From positions 18,290,001 to 18,354,000 of the forward strand of contig JAQFVV010000004.1 in NCBI GenBank assembly GCA_028023455.1: a DNA stretch of 64,000 nucleotides, read 5' to 3'. The first letter of the stretch is position 1, and every line of letters starts with the position of its first letter. This DNA is from Epiperipatus broadwayi. Taxonomy: Eukaryota; Animalia; Onychophora. The position numbers and the translations under genes are program-made. Shown in pieces: positions 12,330 through 25,499 of this stretch. The notes beneath the pieces were generated by a model. The model did no database searches. It was not told the origin of the DNA and worked only from the letters and a program-made list of their open reading frames with translations.

Positions 12330-13650
12330 AACTCTGGTATTCAAATTTCTTATGAACTCTTGAGAAATAAAGCCATTTCCACATTGATATACTTAATTTA
12401 TTTTTAATTTTCTTAATAAATTATTCATATGGCTAAAACCAGTTTCAATTAAATAGAAACTAAAAAAGTTTAAAAATATAGATTCAATAATATTTTTTAA
12501 ACTGGGATGTTTCAGCCAAATATCTTTGCAATTTCAAAATTTGTTAAATTCATTTGTTTGGAATAAAACGTACAATTCCAGGATCTTTTTTAATTCAACT
12601 AATTCTTCTTGTAATTAATAACCACTATATAATGGAAATGTCATACTCAATGGTAGTTTAATTCATAAATATACACCTAAATTTTCAGAAACTTTGAAAT
12701 GAACACTGAAAGGTTTCAATTGCTCATGTGATTGTGTATAATAATATATTTCCAGTAGAAATAATGTCTTTTTCAATAATAGAGTTGCATTATACTACCA
12801 TAGTAATGAAAATCAATTCAATCCAGATTAATTTTTGAAGACCTGAATGATATTGATATTTTTTCTTGCAATTTAATTGAATATTATTAAACACAGAATA
12901 TATGCCAATCAAATAAAAGTATATGTTTTTTAAATCCATTAACTGTGTTATTATAAATTTGTCAACTTCAAGAAGAAATGGAATTAAAGATTAAAAACCC
13001 CAATGGAACATTGCTAACATTTATCTTTTGATATCTAGATAATTCAGTGACTAGAAGTAAATTAATGTAAATTTCATCATTTTTGTTACATAATTGTGCA
13101 AAGTTGTGAACATTCAAAGCTTTAAGTTTAAATAACTTTATTTCTTTAATATTCAGTTATAATATCATGAAGTTTTTCTTAGATATCATTCATAACAATC
13201 CATGCAGAACATAGTATACTGTTTGAATGTTGAATGTTTTTTCTTAATGAAAGCTTAAAGAGCAACAGTATTTTCATTACAGACGTATATCATTTTGTTG
13301 TAAATAAATTTAGCACAATAAAATATAATTTTCTTTGTAGTATAAGTTTCCAAACGATGTGTGCAAAGACATTTATTTGTTACTACTTCATTTCTGGAGC
13401 TATTCAATAAATATAGTCATTAAAATATTCATTTAACTAAATGTTAATTCATTGATTTAAAGAGAAAATGTACTTCCTTGCAATTAAAATATTAAAGATT
13501 GTTGCTACTGAATGGAATACTGCTTATTACTAGATCCAATACCATTTTCATTACAGCAGATATTAAATTCTTATTAACTGTATGAGAATATCATTGTCTG
13601 CAATTAAAAATATGATCTACAAACCTTCCAGAACTCCTTAATATTCTTAA
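12330..13650 (-). mobile_element. Decayed hAT (Charlie/SCAND3-like) transposase relic
   Basis: Minus-strand remnants LQEELVELK...DIWLKHPSL...IETGFSHMNNLLRK resemble the hAT C-terminal dimerisation region (YL.E.GFS...LL.K.RN.L); termini not found. Confidence 0.45.
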
Positions 13651-13964
13651 AAATTGGTGGTTTAAATTTAAAAAAATAATAATAATTATAGAAATGCTTT
13701 TATTCATTTAAATGCAATAAAAAAATCAGCTTTCACGAATAAAAACATGAATATCAAAATCTTATTATGCTAATTCATAATTCAAATTACTAAAAAATCA
13801 TTTCAATAAATTTGCATTTAACTCCCACTATCTTGTATTGAGGCCAATCTGTTTATCAAATAAAAAAAAAGTAATTTAATATGACAAATAAATTGATGCA
13901 AGAAAGTGGGCATTAATTGCAAGTTAATTTAAATGATTTTTTTTTTCGGAATCTGACTTATGAA

Positions 13965-14490
13965 TTAATGTAGTAACATTTTTAACCCCCACATTTTTAT
14001 TCATAAAAATTGAAGGAAATTTATTTTTTACTTTTTAGTGCATTTATATATATATATATATAAGCATTTTTTGGTCAGCCTGTTAGTTTTATATACAAAT
14101 AGCACTGAATTTATGAAAATCAGTCTATAGGAATCATTTAAATAATCTTGCAATTAATGGCCATTTTTTTGTATCAATGCTAATTTATTAATCAGATTAA
14201 AATGATATATTTTATATCTGACTAATATACTGGCATTGATACAGTAAAGTAGGCATTAGTAGGCACTGCTAGCATCAATGTCAAATATAAAATTAAAAAT
14301 TTAAATTTTTCACCAATTTTTTGCTAATTGTTTGCAGACACTAAAAAAAATGTATTGTCATCCAGAATACATATCCATGCAAAGTTTCAATTAAATTGAA
14401 AATTGGGAAGTGGGTGAAAATTGAATTATAAGATTTGAATCGGATGTACATGATACAAAGAAATAAAATAAATTAAAACATATAAAAATA
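13965..14490 (+). mobile_element. Possible Helentron/HINE-like non-autonomous element
   Basis: 3' part CATATCCATGCAAAGTTTCAATTAAATTGAAAATTGGGAAGTGGGTGAAAA resembles arthropod Helitron-2 derivatives from memory; short subterminal inverted match TTTTAACCCCCAC versus GTGGGTGAAAA. Confidence 0.25.
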
Positions 14491-14994
14491 ATTTTCAAGA
14501 CTTGAGAATGCATTAAAAAAAATTTTTAAAGATTTTTGAAATACTTCAAATTCTTATTTTTTTAATTGAGACCCATCCTTTCCATGTTATGATCACTTTT
14601 GATGTTTTCATAGTGTGATTATTAAATGTTTTCTCGCAAATAAGTCATAATGGTATTGAATCATGTCCTAGTGAAGCAATAAATACAAAGTTTAAATATT
14701 CTTGGGAATAGAGTAAATGTTTATTTGTTTGGTAGGTCATAATTAAAGCATTTATTAAAACAATTTTTTAAAAAATAATTAAGAAAAAAATCACATTTGG
14801 GAAATTAAAAATAAAAATAAGTACATAAATGTGCAGTTATTACTAGAACTTTCATAAATACTTTAAATGATTAAACAATCCAAAACAAAGCAAAACTCTC
14901 CATATAGTAGTGCCATCTTGTGCTAACAAGAGCAATCAATGGATGCCAGAAGGCTTGTGCATAAAATCCCTATCTAGTGCCTACTCATCCAATA

Positions 14995-15036
14995 TCCCCA
15001 GACTAGTTTCTGGCTTGTGGCCTTCATCCGTGAGGA
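14995..15036 (-). ncRNA. Hammerhead ribozyme motif (family B, inverted arm)
   Basis: Exact reverse complement of 15536-15577. Confidence 0.65.
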
Positions 15037-15535
15037 GCCTTGGATCTGAGAGCACTGCACCTAGATCTTAGGATCTAATGCAACCCTCCAGCACCCACCT
15101 TTTAACTCTATTTAACTACAAAACTATGAGAATGAAATTGAAAACACTATTAATATTTTCAATCCAAGCTCAATAGCTTATATAGTCATATGGGTCTACT
15201 ATATGGAGAGTTTTGCTTTGTTTTGGATTGTTTAATAACAATTATTGTGCTAGTATGAGAAAGTGATCATGTGATGTTTAGTGGTTTAACACCAATCCTG
15301 CCTAATAGGATAGTGGTGGCTATGGTTGTTAAAGAGCCAAAGACACCAAAATGTATGGGTACTGAATTGAGTTCAGACCCATATGACTATATAAGCTATT
15401 GAGCTTGGATTGAAAATATTAATAGTGTTTTCAATTTCATTCTCATAGTTTTGTAGTTAAATAGAGTTAAAAGGTGGGTGCTGGAGGGTTGCATTAGATC
15501 CTAAGATCTAGGTGCAGTGCTATCAGATCCAAGGC

Positions 15536-15577
15536 TCCTCACGGATGAAGGCCACAAGCCAGAAACTAGTCTGGGGA
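15536..15577 (+). ncRNA. Minimal type-I hammerhead ribozyme motif (family B)
   Basis: UCCUCA-CGGAUGA-A-GGC CACAA GCC-A-GAAA-CUA-GUC-UGGGGA: 6-bp stem I, palindromic stem III ACUAGU, GUC triplet; core U4 changed to G. Confidence 0.7.
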
Positions 15578-15807
15578 TATTGGATAAGTAGGCACTAGAT
15601 AGGGATTTTATGCACAAGCCTTCTGGCATCCATTGATTGCTCTTGTTAGCACAAGATGGCACTACTATATGGAGAGTTTTGCTTTGTTTTGGATTGTTTA
15701 ATAACAATTATTGTGCTAGTATGAGAAAGTGATCATGTGATGTTTAGTACTTTAAATGATCAAATTTCAATGTTAAATTTTGTCCCTAATGTTGCTTTCT
15801 ATACATA

Positions 15808-16035
15808 AATTAAAAATAATCGATTTAAAACAAAAGTGAAATAGACAGCTCACTATAAATAAAAACATTATTTAATACATCAATCTGATTAATTGGTAAT
15901 TGGTCATGTGATTGTATAAAACAAAACATCTTGAAAAGGTTCCATTAAGAAATGAAAGCCAGATTAATGTAGTAAATTTTTTTTTTATAGTGAGCTGCCT
16001 ATTTCAATTTTGTTTTAAACTGATTATTTTTAATT
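15808..16035. repeat. About 230-bp imperfect inverted repeat inside an older insertion with a 17-bp flanking duplication
   Basis: Arms AATTAAAAATAATC...GAAATAGACAGCTCACTATAAA and TTTATAGTGAGCTGCCTATTTC...GATTATTTTTAATT; TAGAACTTTCATAAATA occurs at 14844-14860 and 16037-16053. Confidence 0.65.
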
Positions 16036-17389
16036 TTAGAACTTTCATAAATATGCATCTGTTCTATAGATTCTTGTGAATGTGCAATCGTTATTAGGTT
16101 TTCAGAAACACATAGTCATTACTAGATTTTTGTATCATAATAAAGTGAATTTCATTAAAAAAAACTATAAATTTAAACCAATCAAATTAATTATTACATT
16201 CTACAACTCGGAATGCACTTAACCAATTGTGTGACACACACACAATTAGATCTGCACTTGATAAATGGGCTAAAAAAGTTGAACTGAATCTTTCCATTGC
16301 TTCTTAACAAGCCAAAGAAGCATAAGCTAAATTAATAATTTTTCACAAGATTATTATTAACCATTATTAATATTATCTAAAACTTAAAGAAATAAAGCAA
16401 ATATCTGATTTATGTATTGAATCTTAAAGTTCCATAAATCTCTTCTACATTTTTATAAACTTCTATTAAAAATCCTTGAAGCTGCTACAATCAAGCTAAT
16501 TATTCAAACATTAATTGATAAAGGGTTAATAACTAATTTGAACTCGTGACAATTAAATCCTCATCAGAAAGTTGATTAGACTGATTTTTGTGGAAGGATA
16601 TTAGAGAAATGTTTTTGAATATGTATATGCTATAAAGTTTTATGATACATGCAATGTATATTATTTTTTATCATGATCTTTTTTTAAATAAAATCTTCAG
16701 TTCAAAATCTAGATTTAGCTATTTTATATATTCTTAAAACTTTTACGTATAATTTTACTATATTAAATTTGACATATCAAAATCTCTAAATGGATTACTC
16801 ATTTAGTTATGTTTTTACATATGGTTAGTATCTTTCATACTTTTAAGATTGTTTTCAGATTTAGTTTTTACTCCAATCCATAATAATCAGTCACCCACTT
16901 TATTAGTATCAGATAAATTGTAATTGCTAGCTTTTATTATATGTCGATTTGATAATTTTGCCTTTTTTAAAAATCAAATTAATTCAATGAACATTGGTTG
17001 GATCATTTTAATTACATTTAGAAGAGGTGTGTGTGTGTGAAGGAATCACAAAAATTTAAACATACTGATTGTGATATAATTTACAAACAATAAATATTTC
17101 GATTACTACTATTTCCATTTCTACCCCTATCAAAAACAAATGACATTAACAGTTAATTTAGAGTTAAAGTATTTAATGAATCACTTTCTTATTATAAAAC
17201 TTTTTCTAATAACCTTTAATTATCTCTTCAGCCCCATAAACTTAATTATTTTGTAGACCAAATTTTTTTTTTTGCTATACTTTAGTTTTTTCTAGCAATG
17301 AATAATTTTTATTGAATTTATTTTTATTGATTTAATAAAAAGTTCAAATGAGATATTGATGTGATGTAAAATGGTTTTTCCTTAAATTA

Positions 17390-19560
17390 AGTCAGAAGTA
17401 TATGTGCACAATCTATACTACCAGAAATCCTGTTAACCAAAATAAACAATTCTTCTCCCTCCAAAACCATTATATACCATTAAAAAACTATCTATTTCTT
17501 AATCCTTGTTACTCAATCATCATACCACTACTGATTCATTCCTCTTTTCTTTTCCTATATGATTTTAATAAAATCTGTTTCATGGGTTTGTCACGTAAAA
17601 GTATGATAGACTCTAGAACCTAAGATTCATGGATCTCATGGTCAAGCTCTGCCGTTTCTGATATGCAATTTTCTTATGAACTTCTGAACAATCAACTATC
17701 TGATTTTTTTTTTAGTTTCATCATTTTATCATCATATTCCCCAACTTTGCTACAAAAACTTTTAAAAAAATCATAAATTTCTTTCACCCTCAATACAAGC
17801 TATCTTGATATTCTTTTAACTTCCAACAGTCCAAAGATCCAAAAATAAGTGTTTGTTCCTCTTAATTACATTCTTTTATATTTTATATTATTATTATATA
17901 TATCTCCAAACTATTTTTTATTCATATTTGCTTTCTATGGGTCCATATTTTTCCTCACTAATTAATTTATCTATTCTCTTTTCCCATTTTTCATAATTAT
18001 GTAAATGTAATAAATTCTCTCTATTTCCCACTTCTATATAAATATGTGGAAATATTGTCTAATTTCTTTGATATTGTCAAACTTTTCTGCATTAAATAAT
18101 AGTAATCATTATCATTTCCTTCTTATTGGTCTATGACACTCTAATACCTTCTAATCCCCAATTATTATGCTTCTCTGTCTATTCATAATGTTTTTCACAA
18201 ATTTCTTTATAATTTCTCTATCTAATCTTTATTTTAAATTCCTTTTTCGATCCCCTCTATGTCTTTTTTTCAGTAGTATTCAGTTTAATATTTGTTTTGG
18301 TAATCTTTCAGAAAACATTCTCTGAACATATTCATATCATTCAATTATCATCATTTTGATTTCATTTATTATACTGTGTTCAATATTCAGTAATTTCTCA
18401 AATTCTTTTATTGCTTATGTACTCTCTTTTTGATCTTCTTCCATATTTTTGCCCATAACCTATTTCTGCAGTAATCATTTTCTATTTTTTCCTTCAACTG
18501 CCAAACCTTAATTTTATTTATATTGATATTTTTCTCTATCATGTTACATATTTGTTATCAGCCAATAAACGTCACAATATAGTGAGTTTTTGCCTGTTTT
18601 AACAATATTTATTATCAATGACTTTTGATATATTCTATTCCCCAATATTCCACTTTTCTATTCAATACATTTTTTTTTCATAATTTCATCTGTTGTTCCT
18701 CTTTGCATAATTTTTATGCTTAGTTACTTATATTACTTAAAGTTGAAAATTTTGGTATACAATATCTTGAGGAAATGTAATATGGAAAATAACTATATGC
18801 AAAAATGTATAAGAGATACACTTAAAATCTGAATAAAGTTCGCAATTTTTACCTAGTGCACTTTCGACTCTGTTATATTAGTCATAGTCATGGCAACTGA
18901 CAGAGAGGAGAGATTGCTGTCTAATTATTTGCTTAAGTAGGCCATTTTTTAGAGAGAGGAATCTCACATGCTGTCAAATAAATTGCCATGCTGTATATTA
19001 TCGAGAATTGAAGGCCAACTTGTCTACCCGATTAGCACAATATACCATGATCAAACCCAAATAGATGCCAAATCAATGTTATGAACACAATCTGCTTCTG
19101 GACATTCCTTTGAGTTTACATCTGCCACCATTATATGCTTAGAGTACAATGATACCAAGCATAAACTGAAAGAGGCCTGGCACATCACAAGAGATAAAAA
19201 TGCTATTAACAAGAGACTCCTACATTTTCCTTTCTAAACTTAAGCAAATAATTAGGTATTTAATTATGCTAAGCTGGAAATCTTCTTCCCTCTGTCAGTT
19301 GCCATGATTATAACTAATATCACTTAGGTGAAAGTGTACTGTGAACTTTATTCAGATTTTTAAGGGTATCTCGTATATGTTTTTGCATATAGTTATTTTC
19401 CATATTACATTCTTTAACTGTTCCAATCCATTTTCTAATACATTCTGTTCTATTCCTTCAATATAAATATTTTATATTTTTGTTATACTTATTTCCTTGT
19501 CCCATTTTCTACATTCGTCTATTAATTTTCTTATCATATAGCTTGAATCCTCATGATTCT
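17390..19560 (-). mobile_element. Decayed LINE related to 6050-9450, interrupted by a MITE
   Basis: Reverse complement of 17400-17480 matches 9140-9210 (ATAATGGTTTTGGA.GGAG...); pyrimidine-rich plus strand resumes after 19417. Confidence 0.5.
18771..19413. mobile_element. MITE with about 170-bp terminal inverted repeats, Kolobok-like
   Basis: TIR AATGTAATATGGAAAATAACTATATGCAAAAA...CTTAAAATCTGAATAAAGTTC...CATGGCAACTGACAGAG at both ends; right flank TTAA (19414-19417), left flank TTGA (18767-18770), purine-purine termini. The inverted repeat is certain; the superfamily is inferred. Confidence 0.65.
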
Positions 19561-19980
19561 GAGCAAAACCTATTTGATCTTCAGCATAGCACAAAATATA
19601 GAGTTTTATTATGTAGAACAGTAATTGTCAATATGAGATATACATAGCACCAGTGGTTTGCAATGGACTTTAAGGCGGCATGTGAAAGATAAACTATTTT
19701 TGAAAAATTATATTAAAATAATTTATTCAAATAATGTAAAATTGGTATAAATATTTATTATTTGTCTACCTATTTTTTTTTATGCCAATTTTTTATTATA
19801 AAAAAATACATTTTGATATTCTTTGAATGATATATGGAAACCCTAAATGCTGAAAGAGGAATTCCTATTTTCTTATATTTTCTTTACCATATTTAACTAA
19901 ATATAATTTAAATAATATAAGTGAAATACCTCTTTTAATCCTTTAGTTGTATTATAACTATTTTTACTTTGGCATATATA

Positions 19981-20886
19981 CCATATTACTTTGAATATAA
20001 GATCACCTGAATTTAAGATGCAGTAGGATTTTAAGCCTGAAAAATTGGGGAAAAAATTAATCCCGAATTTAAAGAAATTAATATAAATACAATAAACACA
20101 CCTAATTTATTGCAAATATTCTTCAGATATATGGCACTTTCACTTTCTATATCTTCACCAGAATTTGCATTCTCATCTTCACTATTCCATCAAGTTACAT
20201 CATATTCAGGCCACTTAAATTGCTGCTGAACGTTATAATTTCTTTGTCAATTTGCTTTTGTATAAAAGTAAAATTTTTCTATTAAAATCTGAAACATTCT
20301 TCTAAAATAACAAATATTTTCTGAAACAAATAAATGTGTAAAAAAGATTCTAAAATATATGTTTTCACTTCAAAAATCAAGAGGAAAATATCGGAATTAT
20401 CACTATAAACAAGATAACATTAAAAGATTCTAAGATATATGATTTCACTTTAAAAGTCAAAAAGGAAACTATGGAAACTGTCAAAATTTTGATAGGTATT
20501 CTCTTCTGTAGAGAACAATAAACAACCAATCAGCATCTTGGAAGGCAGAACTCTTATCTCATTGTTATATTGATTTGTTAGTTGTAAAAAAATTTTAAAG
20601 GTATTCGGTAGAGTTTTCTCAATAAAATAATGAAAAAAAAAGTAGTGGTCTGAAAGAGAGAGAGCTAAAGCCATTTACAAAATTAATCCCAAAAATATTA
20701 ATTAAAAAAGATTTAACATGCTATTCTACACAGGTAATGATCATAATACTATTTGCATATATAGCATAAAGCAAAGATCCACAGAAATCAGATGTTGAAA
20801 ATTTTCATTTTGAATTTAAGATGCATCTCTCTTTTAGGGGTCCAAAATTTGGGGGGGAAATGTGTCTTACATTCAAAGTAATACAA
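19981..20886 (-). mobile_element. pogo/Tigger-type Tc1-mariner deletion derivative
   Basis: TA flanks (19979-80, 20887-88); TIR CCATATTACTTTGAATATAAGA versus TCTTACATTCAAAGTAATACAA; minus-strand remnant SNLSG.EYD..WNSEDENANSGEDIESES resembles the acidic tail of pogo transposases. Confidence 0.7.
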
Positions 20887-21299
20887 TATTATGATAATTT
20901 TTTTTATTTGATTTAACAAGAGCTATATTTATGTTGGTTAATTTCAGTCATTCCCACAATCTTTTGACAGAGATATTATTATACACTTAATGTCTTTACA
21001 CTCCAAAAACTTAAGCCACTATGAAAAGGTATTTTTAAACTATGTATATATTGCACTATGATTCTGGTGAGAAGTCGTCAAAAATTAACTCAGTGCTATT
21101 AAGTTAGAATATATATATATATATGGTTTAAAAATACCTTTTCATAATGGCTTGACTCAACCAAGTTTTTGGAGTATTTCATTAGGATATGAAAAGAGTG
21201 TAAACTTAAATAATTAATGTCTTTATATAAAAGACAAATATCTTGATTTCTTATATTTTTCTATTAGTGGGATCACATAAGGGGGGGGGTGTAGTATTG

Positions 21300-22500
21300 T
21301 GGATCTTTCTTTAAAATCTGTCTGTTCATCTGTTTCCAAACTCCTATATTCATATTCAATTCTATTTTTATCATTTTCTTATATATACAACTCAACAAAT
21401 TAGCAATTGCTATTCCTCTATAATTTTCTCAACTATCTTTTTTGATATTTTATAAATTGTGATAAATTATGACATTTTTCATTCTGTGCACCCTTGGAAT
21501 AAATCGAGTGTTCAAATATTGTTTTGCTTCCACTTTTAATTAAATAAAATTCAACTAAGACCAGAAGCTTTTTGCTTTTTCAGTAATTTTACATATCATT
21601 ATCATTTTAGTGATCAAATGTATATTTTCTTTATCTTTTCAAATTCTATTCTATTCTCTGTTAATAAAATACTTTTTTTTACTTACAGCAATTGGGGATA
21701 TTATATCTCTATTTCTTTTTTGTCTTAAATTCTTTATTATTCTCTAGCTTTTATTGTTTTCCTTTTCATCCAAATGTAAATCAATTGTTTTATAATTTTT
21801 CCATGTTTCATTTTTCTGTTTTTCCCACCCTCGTTATATTTTTGCTTGGATTTTTTTTTAAAATTTAATCTTATCTTTATTTATTTAAATATTTCTGATT
21901 TATCTGACTTTTACCCAATATCTTTCCAATCCTATCAATATGGTTTTTTTTTCTATCATTATTTTCTTTGTGTATATATGTGTTTCCCTTTCAGCTGCAT
22001 TGTACAATTTTTTGTATAACTATAATGTTCTTCAGTGGATTCATACTTTTTTAATTATAATTTTTCATCTAATCATGATTTAATAATACTCCCATATTCT
22101 AAATCAACAAAGTTGTCTTCTTTCTTTAACCTGCAAGTCTGACTGTGCAATCATTACAAAGTAAAGATTCTATGTGTATTTTTACATTCAGTACTTTGAA
22201 ATTCATGTTCTATCATACTATAATCTATTATAGATTTAAGGTTTTATGTATCCTGAATCCATGTATATTTATCCAATTTCTTTATAATGATAAAAAGTAT
22301 TCAGTATTCCACTATTATTTATTGTATCTTCTTCATATTATCCTACAGTTTTGTCTGTTCTTCTTCAGTTTATTCTCTGGATATTGCAATTTTTTTTTTT
22401 TGAATTTCATTACTTAATTATTTAAAAAGAATTTTTACCTTTAACATTTTTGGAAACATTCATTATTTTCACACCATAAATCCTTAATATTATTTTCCAT
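21300..22500 (-). mobile_element. Decayed RTE-like LINE fragment
   Basis: Remnants IVIQK.LYNAAE...RIGKILG resemble the RTE segment 'TVI.PE.LYAAE...ERKILRKILG'; strong purine skew on the minus strand. Confidence 0.45.
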
Positions 22501-23235
22501 CCATATAAGGGCATATTTATTTTAATTAATCAATGATTAATTGTTTGTCATGTTATAAAATATTTTCTCAGATTCCTCTGAATCAATATTAATTCCTTAT
22601 TGTGCTCTTCTACCTTTCAAAACACCATTATAAAAATGATTATAAGGTCCAAGGTTTTCTGAACGTTGCCCTTTCTTCTTATTTCTGATATCAGACTTCA
22701 TTTGTTCAATGTCATTTATCACTTATGCATAATCCTATTTTAGTGTTTTTATCATCTTTTCATTCCCTTACATAACCTTATACTGGTTTTTTAACATTCA
22801 ATATTCATTAATCCTAAACTTGGAGAACCTAGGTTTCATATTAGCATTGCCTTTTCCTGAATGAATTGCTTGCAGTCCAATTAAGGAGCTCCATTGTCCC
22901 TCAGCTGTTGGCACGTGGTTTGTATTTTACCACCTTTCTTTAATCATTTTTGTGTAAGCATTTAATCATCAATGAACATTAGATGATATTGAAGCAGCAC
23001 ACACCCCTTTTTTAAACGAATAATTAATATTGAAGTATTGGAAGAAGCACTATGTGGTTTATCATAATGAAGTTTTGGCAAAAAAAATTATTGAGGAATA
23101 TGTACCCTCTTGAGCATGAAAAGATACAAGGGAGGAATAATAGTAAAAAAAAATAGAGGCCAGATATCATGATTAAAATTCTTATTTGTTTAAACGCTGA
23201 AAAAATAAAATAGTCAACTTACATTATAACACATA

Positions 23236-23597
23236 TTAATTTTTTCTACAATACAGGCTTTTTCATACCTGTACTTCTATATGTAATATATAGGGGGTTT
23301 GAACTCAGACTTTCACACGACTCTCAATCATCCATGCTATCTTATACCACTGATACACTTGATCACACACATGTTGAAAAGATAAATAATCACCAATATG
23401 CGTATTTCGTGTTAAACCACCACTCATCAGTTGGTCCAGATTATCATCTCCACACATATATACAATCAATGTTCAGCTTATATTACGATAGCCAATCTTT
23501 ATACTTAAATGGACAGGCTTCAAACCACTCCACCCCACAACTCTTCAGCCGTCCGTGGTTGAGGGTCGTGTGAACGTCTGAGTTCAAACCCCTATAT
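23236..23597 (-). mobile_element. Family C insertion with inverted 5' piece
   Basis: 23550-23600 is the reverse complement of 23287-23335; 13-bp flanking duplication with one mismatch ATTATA(A/T)CACATA (23223-23235 / 23598-23610). Confidence 0.75.
23392..23435 (-). ncRNA. Minimal type-I hammerhead ribozyme, core intact (family C)
   Basis: ACCAA-CUGAUGA-GUG GUGGUUUAA CAC-GAAA-UACGC-AUA-UUGGU. Confidence 0.75.
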
Positions 23598-25499
23598 ATT
23601 ATATCACATAGCAATTATTTCAGAGTAGGTTATTGCTGTCTGTAATCAATCTTCTATATGAACCTTTCACTTTATTTAAATACTGTTTTAAATTTTATTT
23701 CAATATACTATTTTAATCATTTGTTTACATTATAGAAATCAATAAATATCACATATACACATTTTTTAATTCTTAGAAAGATTAATTTGTCTGATGTCTA
23801 AATTATGATTCTATTGTTATTTTAGAAACATTTTAAAAATTATTGTTTCAAATAAGATATAAATGATTAGTTTCCTAGAAATTGCAGTAGAAACAAGGTT
23901 ATCTGTAGAACAATTGTCAGAAGGAACTGATAGAAGGAAAAAAATCAATACAATTTTAAAAAAAAAATAAATATGCGCGTGCACATATTTTAATTTATTG
24001 AAGAAGTAAGAAGTCACGTTGAAACAACAACAAAAAAAAAATGTTTAGCAGTTAAATTAAAATTAAGGAAAGAAAAATTATTTATTAAAAACCGGAAAAA
24101 GTAATTATATATATAATTGCTAATTGTCAAAGATAATGACAGACAACTTTATAAAGTTTATAATGCAGTTTTGAATATGGGGAATTAAAATAAACTTTTG
24201 TCATTTGCTCGTATTTTCTATTAATTCATATCTGATTTATGTGCATAAAAATAGTCAAATAGTTAGCCTTCTGGGAAGTTATGCGATATCCAAGTATTCT
24301 GGTAAATTGAATCCGAACATCACACGACCGCCCTAGCAACTAATTATAATTATTTATATACAACTGAACTTGCCTACTGGAAAGACAATTAACAATAGCA
24401 GAACTTTCGTGATAAATAATCAATCATTTCTTATCTTCACTGTATTCATACCGAATAAAATAACCAATGAAGTTTTAAAGTTTATGATGCGATTCCGGGG
24501 ATGGGCTGTTCAATTTTGGTGCCTAAAATAAACCTTAAAAACTACATTTTAAAAAATTATTGGAAGACTACTAATATTTATTTAAAAAGATCTCATAATG
24601 CAGAAATAATGCATTTGCCATGCCTAGGGTCTATAATTTAAATCTGGGTCAAATATTTTTTTCAAATGGCTTGGGATTTATCTCTCAGCTAACCCATAAT
24701 CAACTCAGCTAACTATCCAAAATAGTCAATAAATAGGTATTTAACTATCTTTAAATAGAAAATGGAACAAAGATGGAAAAATATTCAACCCTCCATCATT
24801 CAGCAATTGACAAATCTGATAATACCGCATTCTTTTTGGCTGTTCTTACTTATGCTCTCCACTGCTTATTTATTAAAATAGATTGTGGTACTTACTTATT
24901 TCTAATGATTACTAAATCAATGGATGTAATAGGAAAAGAAAGTACTAAATAAAAATAAATATACTGATTAAAACACCCACCCACACACACAAAAAAAAAA
25001 ATTAAAAGAATGCATAAAAATAAAAATTAAGATGTGATAAATAATAAACACTCATTGAATAAAAATAACATATATTAAAACATTTTTTAGATTTTTGCCT
25101 CAGCAAATAGATTGAGTTTTTCTATAATTTATGGTTACGGATACTTACAGAAATTATTGTTAGATTAAGACCGAATTAAGAAAAGAGTTGACATTTCTTC
25201 TGTTTTACTGAAGTTCAAGACTGAAGATTTTTCATAATTTATTGTTTTTAAAAATGAACATTAAATCTGAAGAATATGTTTTGCTATCTGTAGTCAAAAA
25301 TAAATAAATTGCAGGAAATATTTCAATACAAAAACAATTGTTTTTCTGTAAAGGATATTTAAATAAAATTGAAATTTTATCTTATCTAAATACAGTATTT
25401 ATTATGAATTTATTATGCTGCACACCAAATAGTGTACAAAATTGCATGTAAAGATTCAAATTGCTCAAAAGCACTACAAATAAATGAGAACTAACCTAT

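Larger units (their letters stand above)
14872..15747 (+). mobile_element. Hammerhead-bearing Penelope-like/retrozyme insertion, family B (inverted 5' arm + partial tandem), young
   Basis: 328-bp inverted arms (14870-15197 / 15375-15702) with only 2 differences seen; 87-bp direct repeat (15196-15282 / 15662-15748, period 466); 13-bp duplication TACTTTAAATGAT (14859-14871 / 15748-15760). Confidence 0.85.

Noticed and set aside
16555-16575. CTGATGA matches at about 16565 (minus), 26435 (minus), 29920 and 53113
   Set aside because: No correctly spaced stem II, GAAA and UH triplet.
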